From: Dehalococcoidia bacterium
GTDB lineage: Bacteria > Chloroflexota > Dehalococcoidia > UBA2979
Assembly: GCA_028279505.1 (NCBI GenBank)
Contig: JANQNP010000004.1
Span: 6,154-70,153, forward strand
DNA: 64,000 bases
Direction of reading: 5' to 3'
Positions 19,295 to 29,386 of this stretch are shown here, one piece after another. The position numbers and the translations under genes were made by a program. Position 1 is the stretch's first letter. Every line of letters starts with the position of its first letter. The notes beneath the pieces are model-generated. The model had not been told where the DNA came from. It did not search any database and saw nothing but the letters and a program-made list of their open reading frames with translations.

Positions 19295-21679
19295 ATGGAG
19301 ACGTCCGCACCGGATTCGATCTCACGCCGATCAGCGCTACAGCGGCTTGGGATCGGCACGTTAGGACTGGGCCTCGCTGCTCTCCTCGGATGTGACTGCG
19401 ACGCTGACGAGTGCGCCGATCTCGACCTTCCGCTGCTGACCGACGAAGACGTCCTGAGCGGATCTTGTGGTTGCAGCGTCAGTGGGGCTGGCCAGCCGCC
19501 CTCCCTACCCGATGACACGCTCGAGAAACTGACCGTACAGGCGGACCCGACCGGGCTCACCGATTCAGCCCCAGCAATCCAGGCTGCGTTTGACGAAGCG
19601 ATCGCGTCGTGGGAGGACCCATCAAAGCCAAACGTTCGCATCATCGAGCTTCCGCCGGGTCAATTCTCGATCGACACCGGGCTGACAGTCGAACGGAATA
19701 ACAAGAGCGATCCCAACATCGTCGACAACTGGCTCTCCATCCGCGGGGCAACCGGTCGCGGCGGCACAACGACGATTCGCTGGTTTGACAGCCACGACTT
19801 CTCTGGAACGAAGAAGGGGGCGACGACGCAGCGGTCGATGCTCGTGGTCCGGAATAGCTCGTATGTCTCGATCGCGAACGTCGATTTCGACGGCAATCGC
19901 TACCATATCTCGCGGCGCGATCTACTATTTCCTCAGAAGTGGACGAACTCGATCGACGACAAGCGCAAGAATTTAGAATCGTTAATCACGGATGGTAACG
20001 CGCCTAGCAGTTCGACCGTATGTGATTATCTGATAGCACTCGATTCATGGTGGAATAAAGGCAAGTCATACTGGATCCAGAACTGCGAAGATTCATTCTC
20101 CCATGAGCGGTATCTCTTTGACAGCGGGCATGGGATCCAGATCAACTTCTCGAACTACGTCCATATCGCCTCCTGCGCCATCTCGGATACGTGGGGCTCG
20201 GCGGTCGCGATCGGGTCAGAGACCGAGAACTCGGCGGTCGCCGGTTGCATGTTCGTTCGGCCTCGTCACGCTGGCGTATCGATGACGAACGTCAGGAACG
20301 TCAAGATTTCGGGCTGTACCGGCTATGCGTGCGGTCACTCCTTCGCGACCGTCGAACCGCACAACCGCTGGACACTCCCTACAAAACTTGAGGCCTGGCA
20401 GAACAAGTCTGTCACCCCGGACATTGGGGCTCGTGAAGTCTGCGTCGAGAAGAACACCTACAGCGACACCGACGGTTCGTTGCCCGACTCACTGCGCCTC
20501 CATTCACCAGGCGTCGCAGCTCTCTCCTCTCAGATTCCGACTGAGTGGCTGGCGCGGCAATCGAACCCCCTGTACCTCGACGTGTCTGACCCCGTAGCAA
20601 GCAGTGTGACGGTCGGAGCGAATGGTCTAAGGGAGTCGGCGCGGGTGCTCGAGGCGCCGCAGGGTAAGTGGGGGCTCCTTGGCTACTTCGAACTGCCGAG
20701 CAGCGGTCCATCCCGACTTCCGAAACCGCTGACGATGAGTGGCCGCGGAGCGACTGTGTTCGCTGCAATCGCTCAGAGACGCCTTGAGTCTAGTCCAGTG
20801 TCAATCTCAGGAGCGGACTTCAACGAACTCGAGCATCCGGCCCCTCTCTGTCCTGTCGCACCGCCAGAGGTTGAGCAGATGATCAGCTACACCCAGTTGA
20901 CACCCTATGTCGATGTCTACGACGTTCACTTCTGCAGGAATGTCGTCGAGATAGCTGACTATTCTTGGATCGCTAACCTCACAGGACGACTCGTCAAGTT
21001 TGAGTGGAACAAGATCAGCTACCACAGCCAGGCATCGCAGCCAGCGGGCTCAATCTACTGCCCGCGGATGGCGATACCGACTCTGTTCTCGCGAGACGAA
21101 TGTGCGACTGGTCCCAAGTCTCCAGTGGCAAGCTCCTCGAGCGACACCACGCCGACGAATACGACCCTTCCCGTCGACTCCGCTGATATGGCGAATGACT
21201 ACTCGCGCCTGATTCTCAGAGAGAATCGCCTCTATCTCCCTCCGTCGGAAAAGCCGAAGTCATCCAACGGGGCTTTTCTGGTTGGCAGCGGCTGGGAATC
21301 CATCAGCATCACAAGGAACGAGATGAACGTCGCCGGGGGTCTGGTGCTAGTCGAACTCGGAAGTAAGTTCATGGCCTCGCTCGAGGTCTCGGAGAACAAG
21401 GTCAGCGTAGGGACGAAGGCTGGTACGCCAACTACCAGTGCGACTCCAACGACGTTCGACGATGCGTACGGCTTCGTTCAAATCAAGAGTGCTGCGCAGC
21501 GCTACGGTTGTTCCGCGACGGGCGGACAATCGAAGCCTGGTGGCCTCGCATGTGATTCTGGGTCCGGCTTCGTCGTGAGAGTGAACCACGCGCCCCGGTC
21601 AGGCCCCACGGTCTCGGTCAACTGCAATGACCTGAGTTTCTCGAACGGCGGCGGCCTGACTCTCAAGTCTACCGGCTAG
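19295..21679 (+). CDS. Tat-exported putative lipoprotein with right-handed parallel beta-helix (pectin-lyase-like fold)
   Basis: SRRSAL twin-arginine, hydrophobic stretch, LLGC lipobox; ADPTGLTDSAPAIQAAFD...LPPGQFSI Pectate_lyase_3-like start; beta-helix-like repeats; visibly lower GC. Confidence 0.72.
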   Translation: METSAPDSISRRSALQRLGIGTLGLGLAALLGCDCDADECADLDLPLLTDEDVLSGSCGCSVSGAGQPPSLPDDTLEKLTVQADPTGLTDSAPAIQAAFDEAIASWEDPSKPNVRIIELPPGQFSIDTGLTVERNNKSDPNIVDNWLSIRGATGRGGTTTIRWFDSHDFSGTKKGATTQRSMLVVRNSSYVSIANVDFDGNRYHISRRDLLFPQKWTNSIDDKRKNLESLITDGNAPSSSTVCDYLIALDSWWNKGKSYWIQNCEDSFSHERYLFDSGHGIQINFSNYVHIASCAISDTWGSAVAIGSETENSAVAGCMFVRPRHAGVSMTNVRNVKISGCTGYACGHSFATVEPHNRWTLPTKLEAWQNKSVTPDIGAREVCVEKNTYSDTDGSLPDSLRLHSPGVAALSSQIPTEWLARQSNPLYLDVSDPVASSVTVGANGLRESARVLEAPQGKWGLLGYFELPSSGPSRLPKPLTMSGRGATVFAAIAQRRLESSPVSISGADFNELEHPAPLCPVAPPEVEQMISYTQLTPYVDVYDVHFCRNVVEIADYSWIANLTGRLVKFEWNKISYHSQASQPAGSIYCPRMAIPTLFSRDECATGPKSPVASSSSDTTPTNTTLPVDSADMANDYSRLILRENRLYLPPSEKPKSSNGAFLVGSGWESISITRNEMNVAGGLVLVELGSKFMASLEVSENKVSVGTKAGTPTTSATPTTFDDAYGFVQIKSAAQRYGCSATGGQSKPGGLACDSGSGFVVRVNHAPRSGPTVSVNCNDLSFSNGGGLTLKSTG

Positions 21680-21724
21680 TGCGGTCGCCCGAACGCGGCG
21701 TCGGAACATCTCGCACCGCACCGG

Positions 21725-23005
21725 TTACTCATCCAGAAGCGAGAACACCATCCCGGTAGCCAGCTTCGGGTAGAAGAACGTCGTCTTCTGCGGCATCACC
21801 TCGCCGGCGTCCGCCACCTCGATCACCTGCTGCACCGGCGTCCCGTTCACGAGGAAGGCGACACTGTACGGCCCCTCGATCGTCTCCGCCGAGGCCTCCC
21901 GCGCATCCGCGGTGAAGTCGACTGCGCCCGCGGTCAGCGCCGCCGCGTCGATCCCGAACGACGGATCGAGGATCAGCTCCGTCAGCACGAGCGCATCGAG
22001 GCGGCGCGACGCCTCGGAGAGCCCCGCCGGCATCGCTTCGCCCAGCGCCTCGAACGAGCGTCCCGCCGCCAGCAGCTGCCGCCCGGACGCCTCGATGATC
22101 CCGAACGTCGCCGGCCCCCCTGCACGCTCACGCACCCGCGCTAGCAGTGCAGCTGCGCCCTCCGCGCCATCCGGCAGTTCCGAGGTCAGATCCTCCACCG
22201 CGAACCGCTCGCCCAGCCGCTCCAGCAGGTCCGCCGGCGCCTCCGCACGCACCAGCCGGTGGTTCGGCAGGATCACTAGCCCCGGGTCATCCGCGTCGAT
22301 CAGCCCCATCAACACGTATCGAGCGGCCTCGTTCTCGGGGTGCTCCGCCATGTAGTCGAGCGCCGTGTGGTAGCGGTGATGCCCGTCCGCGATCGTCACC
22401 GTCGACTCCGCCAGCACCTCGCCCAGCGTCGCGACGTCCGCCGCGTCGGCAATCGACCACAGCCGGTGCACGTCCCCCAGGTCGTCCGTCGCCTCGAAGA
22501 TCGGGGCCGCCGAGGCCGCTCGGTCCAGCACCGCCCGCGCTCGCCGCGCCGGGTCCGTGAACATCGAGAAGATCGGGCTGATGTTCGCGTTCGTCGCCCG
22601 CATCAGGTCCAGGCGGATCGCCCGAGGCCCCGCCATCGTCGACTCGTGCGGCCGCACGATCCCCTCGTCGTGCTGCGCCAGCTTCAGCTGCGCGAAGAAG
22701 CAGCGGCGGTGGACGCGCGCCCCCTCGATCGTCGCCTCCTGCTCGTAGAGGTAGTACGCCGGCTCCTCGTCGCGGATCAGCTGACCGTCACGCTGCCAGC
22801 GCGCCAACGCCTCCGCCGCGCGTTCGAAGCGTCCCTCCGGCTCGCCCGGCGCCAGCTCCACGTGCGCCGCGTTGTACGGCGACCGCGCCAGCAGCGCCGC
22901 CTCCGCCGCCTCGCCCACCACGTCGTACGGCGGCGCCAGCACATCGTCCGGATTGACCTGCTCAGGGTCGTAGCGAAGACCTCGGAACGGGCGGATCTCG
23001 GCCAT
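21725..23005 (-). CDS. DUF1015 family protein
   Basis: MAEIRPFRGLRY, APPYDVV, PHE.T, IADGHHRY, MPQKTTFFYPKL. Confidence 0.92.
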   Translation of the reverse strand: MAEIRPFRGLRYDPEQVNPDDVLAPPYDVVGEAAEAALLARSPYNAAHVELAPGEPEGRFERAAEALARWQRDGQLIRDEEPAYYLYEQEATIEGARVHRRCFFAQLKLAQHDEGIVRPHESTMAGPRAIRLDLMRATNANISPIFSMFTDPARRARAVLDRAASAAPIFEATDDLGDVHRLWSIADAADVATLGEVLAESTVTIADGHHRYHTALDYMAEHPENEAARYVLMGLIDADDPGLVILPNHRLVRAEAPADLLERLGERFAVEDLTSELPDGAEGAAALLARVRERAGGPATFGIIEASGRQLLAAGRSFEALGEAMPAGLSEASRRLDALVLTELILDPSFGIDAAALTAGAVDFTADAREASAETIEGPYSVAFLVNGTPVQQVIEVADAGEVMPQKTTFFYPKLATGMVFSLLDE

Positions 23006-23180
23006 CGTGACGCCTCTCCCTCATCTGTGCTGGGCTTTGACCCTGGCGGCGAGCCGTCCATAGAGTGGACGCCGTTCGCGCATGCGCCGGGTCCAGATCC
23101 CCGTCGCGATCGTGCGCTGGCGCGAACGTAGCATTCCGCCCGACACACGCCAGCGCCCTCGACGACGAACGGAATGACCG

Positions 23181-23504
23181 GTGCCCCGATACTGCGTCTT
23201 CTGCGAGATCGCCGCGCATCGTGAGCCCGCCGACATCCTCTACGAGGACGACGAGGTCATGGTCTTCCGCAACCGCCTCCGCTGGGTCCCCATCATGCTG
23301 CTCGCCATCCACAAGCAGCACGAGACCCAGGCCGAGCTCTGGCAGGACATGGGCCGCGTCGGCGAGATCGCCGTCAAGGTCGCCCAGGAGCAGTGCCCCC
23401 AGGGCTTCCGCCTACTCTCGAACTTCGGCTACGACGGAATGCAGTCACAGGACCACGCCCACGTCCACATCCTCGGCGGCATGTTCCTCGGCGAGTACGC
23501 CTAG
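23181..23504 (+). CDS. HIT-family nucleotide hydrolase
   Basis: CVFC at the N-terminus, LYEDDEV, HAHVHILGG triad. Confidence 0.88.
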   Translation: MPRYCVFCEIAAHREPADILYEDDEVMVFRNRLRWVPIMLLAIHKQHETQAELWQDMGRVGEIAVKVAQEQCPQGFRLLSNFGYDGMQSQDHAHVHILGGMFLGEYA

Positions 23505-23584
23505 CGCGCGTTGCGGTTCCCGATGCTCGCACGCTCCCTCACGGTCGGCGGAAGCTGAGCACCCAAGACACCAATCGACCCCGC

Positions 23585-24319
23585 CTATCCAGCCCGCCAC
23601 TCGTCGAGCGCCGCCTTCTGCGCCGCGAACAGCTGCTCGATCCCCTCGGTCGCGAGGTTGATCAGCTCCCCGAGCTGGTCCTTGCTGAACGGCTCCCCCT
23701 CGGCGGTCCCCTGCACCTCCACGAGCCGCCCCGTCCCAAGCATCACCACGTTGAAGTCGACCCCGGCGGCGGAGTCCTCGCGGTAGTCGAGGTCGAGCAG
23801 CGGCTGCTTCTCGAAGATGCCCGCGGAGATCGCCCCCACCTGCGTCTTCAGCGGCGACGTCGGCATGGAACCGGCCCGCTGCATCCACTCGATCGCCATC
23901 GCCAAAGCAACCCACGCCCCCGTAATCGAAGCCGTCCGCGTCCCGCCGTCGGCCTGGATCACGTCGCAGTCGAGGGTGATCGTCTGCTCGCCCAGCGCCT
24001 GCATGTCCACGGCCGCCCGCAGCGACCGCCCGATCAGGCGCTGGATCTCTTGCGTGCGGCCACCCTGCCGCCCACGCGCGGCCTCGCGGTCCGAGCGCGT
24101 GTTGGTGGACCGAGGCAGCATCCCGTACTCGGCCGTCACCCAGCCGGCGCCGCTGCCGCGTAGCCAGCCCGGCACGCGCGGCTCCACGCTGGCCGCGCAC
24201 AGCACCTGCGTGTCGCCCATCCAGATCATGGCCGAGCCCTCGGCGTTCTTCAGGTAGCCCGGCTCGATCGTGACAGGTCGCAGGTCTCGAGGACCCCGGT
24301 CGTACGAGCGCTGGAACAT
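23585..24319 (-). CDS. rph: Ribonuclease PH
   Basis: [47 protein letters not shown]; ATG 24319 after GGAGG. Confidence 0.97.
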   Translation of the reverse strand: MFQRSYDRGPRDLRPVTIEPGYLKNAEGSAMIWMGDTQVLCAASVEPRVPGWLRGSGAGWVTAEYGMLPRSTNTRSDREAARGRQGGRTQEIQRLIGRSLRAAVDMQALGEQTITLDCDVIQADGGTRTASITGAWVALAMAIEWMQRAGSMPTSPLKTQVGAISAGIFEKQPLLDLDYREDSAAGVDFNVVMLGTGRLVEVQGTAEGEPFSKDQLGELINLATEGIEQLFAAQKAALDEWRAG

Positions 24320-24411
24320 GCGGCCTCCGTTCGCGGCCGGTACCGTAGCACGCGATCCGAGGAGAACCGACCGCCACACCGGACCCATATCCGCATCGTG
24401 TTCGCCGACGT

Positions 24412-24837
24412 GTGGTGCCCGAAAGGGAGGGCGCGATCGCCGCCTACCGCCTCTACGCCGATGACTCCGGCACGACCCACCTCGAACCGCTCGAGCTCCT
24501 CGACCGCCCCTGGGAGAACGGCCCCGGCGAGTTCAAGGGCGTCGGCGGCAGCGTGCTCGGCGACGCGAGCCGGGTGATGCTGATGCGCTTCGAGGCCGGC
24601 GCCCGCCCCGGCCTCCATCGCGCCGTCCCCTCGTTCGCCGTCTGCCTGGAGGGCGAGATCGTCGTCACCGCCTCGGACGGCACGAACGTCGCACTCGGCC
24701 CGGGCGACGCCGTCCGCGTCGAAACAACCGGTCGAGGCGGCTGGCAGCTCGGCAACAAGCTCGACGAGCCCTCGTTGCTCGCCGTCGTCCAGATGCCGCC
24801 ACAGGCGGCCTCAGCCGGATCGGAGGGCGCCGGCTAG
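24412..24837 (+). CDS. Cupin-domain protein
   Basis: [12 protein letters not shown] start; LH...[16 protein letters not shown]...LGPGDAV cupin pattern. Confidence 0.7.
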   Translation: MVPEREGAIAAYRLYADDSGTTHLEPLELLDRPWENGPGEFKGVGGSVLGDASRVMLMRFEAGARPGLHRAVPSFAVCLEGEIVVTASDGTNVALGPGDAVRVETTGRGGWQLGNKLDEPSLLAVVQMPPQAASAGSEGAG

Positions 24838-24850
24838 CCGGCGGCGAATC

Positions 24851-25612
24851 ATGTACCACGAGCGATCGATGGAGGATCATCAACGCTACCTCGGGCTCCA
24901 CGACGGTCCACCGGACGCGCTGGTGATCGTCGGCCACTTCCGCCCCGTCCGGGTGACAGAGTCGTTCGCCCGCGCCTTCGCTGGAGCGGAGCGCCTGCGA
25001 GCAGCGGAAGCCGGGTGGCTGGTACCCCACGGCGCCGGGCGCGTCGCGCTGGTGGGCGCGGCCGCGTCGCCGATGGCCGGGCATTGGGCCCACCTTTTCG
25101 CCCGCGCCGGCACCCCGAGGATCGTCCAGTTCGGCTGGTACGGCGCCTGCCAACCCGGCACGGCCGCCGGCGACGTGCTCGTGCCGACGCGCGCCGCCCG
25201 CGGCGACGGCGTCAGCCGTTGGTACCTCGATAGTCGCACCCCCGCCGACGCCTCGCCCGAGCTATCCACCCGGCTCGGCACAGCCCTCGAACAGCGCGGA
25301 CTGCGCGTGCACCGCAAGCCGATGTACACGACCACATCCCTGATGTCAGAATCCGCCGAGGTGATCGCCCGATGGCGCCGAGCCGGCTACCACGGCGTCG
25401 ACATGGAGACTGCGGCGACCCTGGCGGTCGCCCGCGCCCACGAAGTCGAGCGCGCCGCCGTGCTCCTCCGCATCGACGACCTCACCACCGGCGAGCACGA
25501 CCTCTTCGACCCGATCGCCCCCGACGTCCTCGAGGCGATGGCGGAGTACGGCCGGCTCGCGATGCTAGCGACGGTGGAGACAGTGACAACGTCCGACTTC
25601 GCAGGCGCATGA
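24851..25612 (+). CDS. Nucleoside phosphorylase family protein (PNP_UDP_1)
   Basis: IVQFGWYGA, GDVLVP..AARGDGVS.WY, YTTTS, GVDMETAA. Confidence 0.8.
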   Translation: MYHERSMEDHQRYLGLHDGPPDALVIVGHFRPVRVTESFARAFAGAERLRAAEAGWLVPHGAGRVALVGAAASPMAGHWAHLFARAGTPRIVQFGWYGACQPGTAAGDVLVPTRAARGDGVSRWYLDSRTPADASPELSTRLGTALEQRGLRVHRKPMYTTTSLMSESAEVIARWRRAGYHGVDMETAATLAVARAHEVERAAVLLRIDDLTTGEHDLFDPIAPDVLEAMAEYGRLAMLATVETVTTSDFAGA

Positions 25613-25675
25613 GCCCCCTCTACGCGGGATCGACGCTGGCTTCCCCGAAGTGCCCGCCAGGCGCCCGAAGCACCG

Positions 25676-26407
25676 TTACTTGATCGTGATGCTCGACAGC
25701 ACGCGATCGAACTCCTCGATGTAGGTGGAGTGACCGTCGTACGCGAGCAGCAGATAGAGATCGTCGCCGACGGCGAATACGACGCGAACCGCACCGTCCG
25801 GAACCTGTGGCGAAGCGATCACATGCCGAAGCGCGGGCTGAGCGGCCACCTCGATCTCTTCGGCCGAGAGGAACTCAACCGAGTCCCGGGCGGACCGATC
25901 GCGAGCCTCGACGTAGGCGTCAAGGCTGTCGTAGCTGGCCATGCGTCGGGCGAAGTACAGGATCTCGATCTTGATGCGCTTCGGGTCATCCAGGCCATGG
26001 CCGCTCGTGTAGTTCTGCAGCGCGACGTAGCTCCCGCCGGGGGTCCAGTCGATCGACCAGTTCGCTGGGTAATCGAACTCCAAACCGAATCCGGGTTCTG
26101 AGAAGGTGGCCCGCTCAGGGCTGGGCTCGAGGCCGGGACCGACTCGCGGAACCCCAGCAGGCCACACCGGCGTGGCCGATGAGTTCTGGACCGCGGGAGC
26201 CCCGCTCCCTGGTGCCGGCTCGGACAGTCCGGGCGTCGGCGACGCGCTCGGCGCTGCCACCGCGGAACCGAGCGAATCAAGCGCAGCCGGCGCCGGGACA
26301 CGATCGGAGCGAGCCCCGAAGGAGTCGGCCACCAGCAACACGATAACGAGCGCAGCCGCCAGTCCGGACGCCGCGAACGCTGCTGAGCGACCTCTGTTGC
26401 CGAGCAT
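25676..26407 (-). CDS. Secreted or membrane-anchored PsbP/Mog1-like protein
   Basis: N-terminal hydrophobic helix, Pro/Ala linker, FGLEFDYPANW and C-terminal FDRVLSSITIK typical of PsbP-like domains. Confidence 0.62.
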   Translation of the reverse strand: MLGNRGRSAAFAASGLAAALVIVLLVADSFGARSDRVPAPAALDSLGSAVAAPSASPTPGLSEPAPGSGAPAVQNSSATPVWPAGVPRVGPGLEPSPERATFSEPGFGLEFDYPANWSIDWTPGGSYVALQNYTSGHGLDDPKRIKIEILYFARRMASYDSLDAYVEARDRSARDSVEFLSAEEIEVAAQPALRHVIASPQVPDGAVRVVFAVGDDLYLLLAYDGHSTYIEEFDRVLSSITIK

Positions 26408-26487
26408 CGAGCGACTTCCGGCGCGCCCGAATCGTCCGCGGCGCCCTCACCGAATACTGTCTCGAGCTGCAGTCTACCCGTGTGGGG

Positions 26488-28071
26488 CTAGCGGAGCTCC
26501 ACCTGGCGGGCGGAGCGAATGTCCTCGAGCTCGCCAACTTCGGCGAGCTCCTCCGCGGTGAGCGGTCGCTCCGTCGAGATCGCCAGGATCATCAGCGCTC
26601 GACCCTCCTGGTCGGCAGACACCGACATCGAGTTGATGTTCACGTCCCACCCGCCGAGGAGCGTCGCCACCCGACCGATCCGCCCGGGCCGGTCGACGTT
26701 CTCGATCGCGAGGAGATACGGCGAGTCGGTGCTCACCTCGATCTCGTACTCGCCGATGCCGACGATGCGCGGTCCGGTCGGGCTGTTGGTCGTCGCCACG
26801 CTCTCGCCGCCGCCGTCGTGGAGCGCGTGCACGGTGATCCGGTTCGCGAACGGCTCGACGGCGGGACCGGTGTCCTCCTCGATCCGTAGCCCATGCTCCT
26901 CGGCCATCGCCCCGGCGTTGACCATGGTGACCTTGGCCGAGGTGACCCGTTCGAGCATGCCGATGACAACTGCGGCACGCAGCGGCGCGGTGTCGTAGTT
27001 GGCGATCTCGCCGCGGTACTCGATCCGGACCTTCTCGACGCCGCCGCCGGCGAGCTGCATCGCGACCGAACCGGCAACCTCGGCGGTGTCGATGTACGGC
27101 CCGATGATCGCCATCGTCTCCTCGTCGACGAGCGGCGCGTTGACCGCAAACCGCGCGGACCGCCCTCCGAGGATGTCGAGAATCTGGTCCGCGGTCTGCG
27201 TCGCCGCGCGCGTCTGCGCCTCCGCGGTCGACGCCGCGAGGTGGGGTGTCACGACGATCCGGTCGTGCGTCGTCACCACGTTGCCGACGGCCGGCTCTTC
27301 GCTGAACACGTCGATCGCCGCTCCCGCGATCTGACCCGAGTCAACCGCGTCATGGAGCGCCTGCTCATCGACGAGCGCCCCTCGAGCGGCATTGATCAGG
27401 TACGCAGTGGTCTTCATCAGCGCGAACTGGTCCGAGGCGATCATCCCCCGCGTGCCCTCGTGGAGGGCGGTATGCAGCGTGACGAAGTCAGACTCCGCGA
27501 GCAGTTCATCGAGCTCCATCAACTCCACCCCGAGCTGACTGGCCCGGTCCTTCGAGACGAACGGGTCGTACGCGAGCACCCGCATCTCGAACGCGCGGGC
27601 GCGTGACGCGACCTCGGTGCCGATGCGGCCAAGCCCGACGATCCCCAGCGACCGCCCGGAGAGCTCGACGCCGGCGTACTTCGACCGGTCCCAGGCACCG
27701 CCCCGCAGCGAGCCATGCGCCTGCGGTGTGTTGCGCGCCACCGCGAGCATCAGCCCAAAGGCGTGCTCGGCAGTCGACATCGTGTTCGCGAGCGGCGCGT
27801 TGACGACGATCACCCCGCGCTGAGTCGCGGCATCGAGGTCGATGTTGTCGACGCCAACCCCCGCCCGCCCGATCACCTCGAGGCGCGGCGCCGCTTCGAT
27901 GACGCGCGCGGTCACCTGCGTCTGGCTACGCACCAGCAGCGCCTGCACATCACCGAGCTCAGCGATCAACTCGTCCTCAGAAAGACCTGTCTTGACCACG
28001 ACCTCATGCTCGGTGGCGAGCAGGTCGAGCCCCGCCTGGTTCAGCGAGTCGGCGACGAAGATGCGTGCCAT
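26488..28071 (-). CDS. serA: D-3-phosphoglycerate dehydrogenase with ASB and ACT domains
   Basis: RAGVGVDNID, GLGRIG, INAARG, TPHLAAST, C-terminal NVDRPG ACT domain. Confidence 0.95.
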   Translation of the reverse strand: MARIFVADSLNQAGLDLLATEHEVVVKTGLSEDELIAELGDVQALLVRSQTQVTARVIEAAPRLEVIGRAGVGVDNIDLDAATQRGVIVVNAPLANTMSTAEHAFGLMLAVARNTPQAHGSLRGGAWDRSKYAGVELSGRSLGIVGLGRIGTEVASRARAFEMRVLAYDPFVSKDRASQLGVELMELDELLAESDFVTLHTALHEGTRGMIASDQFALMKTTAYLINAARGALVDEQALHDAVDSGQIAGAAIDVFSEEPAVGNVVTTHDRIVVTPHLAASTAEAQTRAATQTADQILDILGGRSARFAVNAPLVDEETMAIIGPYIDTAEVAGSVAMQLAGGGVEKVRIEYRGEIANYDTAPLRAAVVIGMLERVTSAKVTMVNAGAMAEEHGLRIEEDTGPAVEPFANRITVHALHDGGGESVATTNSPTGPRIVGIGEYEIEVSTDSPYLLAIENVDRPGRIGRVATLLGGWDVNINSMSVSADQEGRALMILAISTERPLTAEELAEVGELEDIRSARQVELR

Positions 28072-28092
28072 CGCGTCTGTCCTCGGAACGCG

Positions 28093-29193
28093 CTAGGCGC
28101 GGTTGGGAACGGCGTGGCCGACCCGTTCGAGGGTCGCCTCGAGCGACCGCAGACCGTCGCGAACGTGCTCCTCGGTGACGTACCCAAGGTGCCCGAAGCG
28201 AATGATCTGCCCCCGCATCGGCCCCTGCCCACCAGCGAAGACGGCCCCAAACTCCTCGCGGGCAACCTTCAGCATCTCGATCCCGTCAACGTCGTCCGGA
28301 ACGCGAATGGCCGTGACGGTGTCGGACTCAGACCCCTCCTCCGCGAAGAGGTCCAGACCAAGGCCGCGGACCCCGTCCCGCGTCATCTGCGCGAGCGTCC
28401 GGTGGCGATCGTAGATGTTGTCGATCCCCTCTTCGAACATCATCCCCAACGCGCGGTCGAGCTGGAAGAAGAGGTTGACCGCCGGCGTCGCCGGCGTCTG
28501 CCCATTCTCGAGGTAGTCCTTGTGCTTCTGCAGATCGAGGTAGAAGCGCGGCGTCGTCGTGTGCGCCTGCTTCTCCCAGGCGCGCGCGCTGCAAGAGACG
28601 AAGACCAACCCCGGCCCCGTCATCCACCCCTTCTGCGAGCCCGAAACGACGACGTCCAGCCCCCACTCGTCCACCGGCACTGGAATCGAAGACAACGAGG
28701 AGATCGCGTCCACGATGATCAGGCAGTCGTGCTTCCGCGCCACCTCGGCAATCTGCGGCAGCTGCTTGTTCGTGACACCCGTCGAGGTCTCATTGTGGGT
28801 CACGAGGAGCGTCCGGATGTCCGGGTTCTCGTCCAGCGCCTGGTCGATCCGGTTCGGGTCCGCCGAGGTGCCAAACTCAAACGCCAGCTCGACCGGCTCG
28901 CCGCCGTAGGCGCGGGTGATGTCGACGAACCGCTTCCCGAAGACCCCGACGGTAGCGATCAGCACCTTCTCGCCCGGGTTGACGTGACAGGAGACCGCGG
29001 CCTCCATGCCCCCGGTGCCAGACGCCGTCAGCGTGAGGATGTCGTTCTCGGTCTGGAAGACCTTCCGGACGCCGTCCGTCGTGCGTGCGATCAACTCGGC
29101 GAACTCAGGTCCGCGGTGGTTGATCATCTCGGCGGCACCGGCCTCGGCCACCTCTGTTGGGACAGGGGTCGGGCCGGGGATGCGCAGGTTCAC
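28093..29193 (-). CDS. Class V aminotransferase (alanine-glyoxylate / phosphoserine aminotransferase-like)
   Basis: LRIPGPTP, SGTGGMEA, HNETSTGV, VDAISS, PLP lysine in GSQKG; GGAGG RBS before GTG 29193; directly upstream of serA. Confidence 0.9.
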   Translation of the reverse strand: MNLRIPGPTPVPTEVAEAGAAEMINHRGPEFAELIARTTDGVRKVFQTENDILTLTASGTGGMEAAVSCHVNPGEKVLIATVGVFGKRFVDITRAYGGEPVELAFEFGTSADPNRIDQALDENPDIRTLLVTHNETSTGVTNKQLPQIAEVARKHDCLIIVDAISSLSSIPVPVDEWGLDVVVSGSQKGWMTGPGLVFVSCSARAWEKQAHTTTPRFYLDLQKHKDYLENGQTPATPAVNLFFQLDRALGMMFEEGIDNIYDRHRTLAQMTRDGVRGLGLDLFAEEGSESDTVTAIRVPDDVDGIEMLKVAREEFGAVFAGGQGPMRGQIIRFGHLGYVTEEHVRDGLRSLEATLERVGHAVPNRA

Positions 29194-29386
29194 AGGGTGC
29201 CTCCGAGACTTGAACGCGACGTGGGCGTTGTGGGAGTGGCGGCCCGTCCGGGCCACCGACGGACAGCGATCGTACGTTCGAGGTGAGTACGGTCAACGCA
29301 GCCCCTGTAGTGTGGCCCCCTACGAGGCCCGCCCGCGCTCGCCCTCCGGCGCTCCGACTACAATCGAGGGCGAAGCGAGGCCGTCC

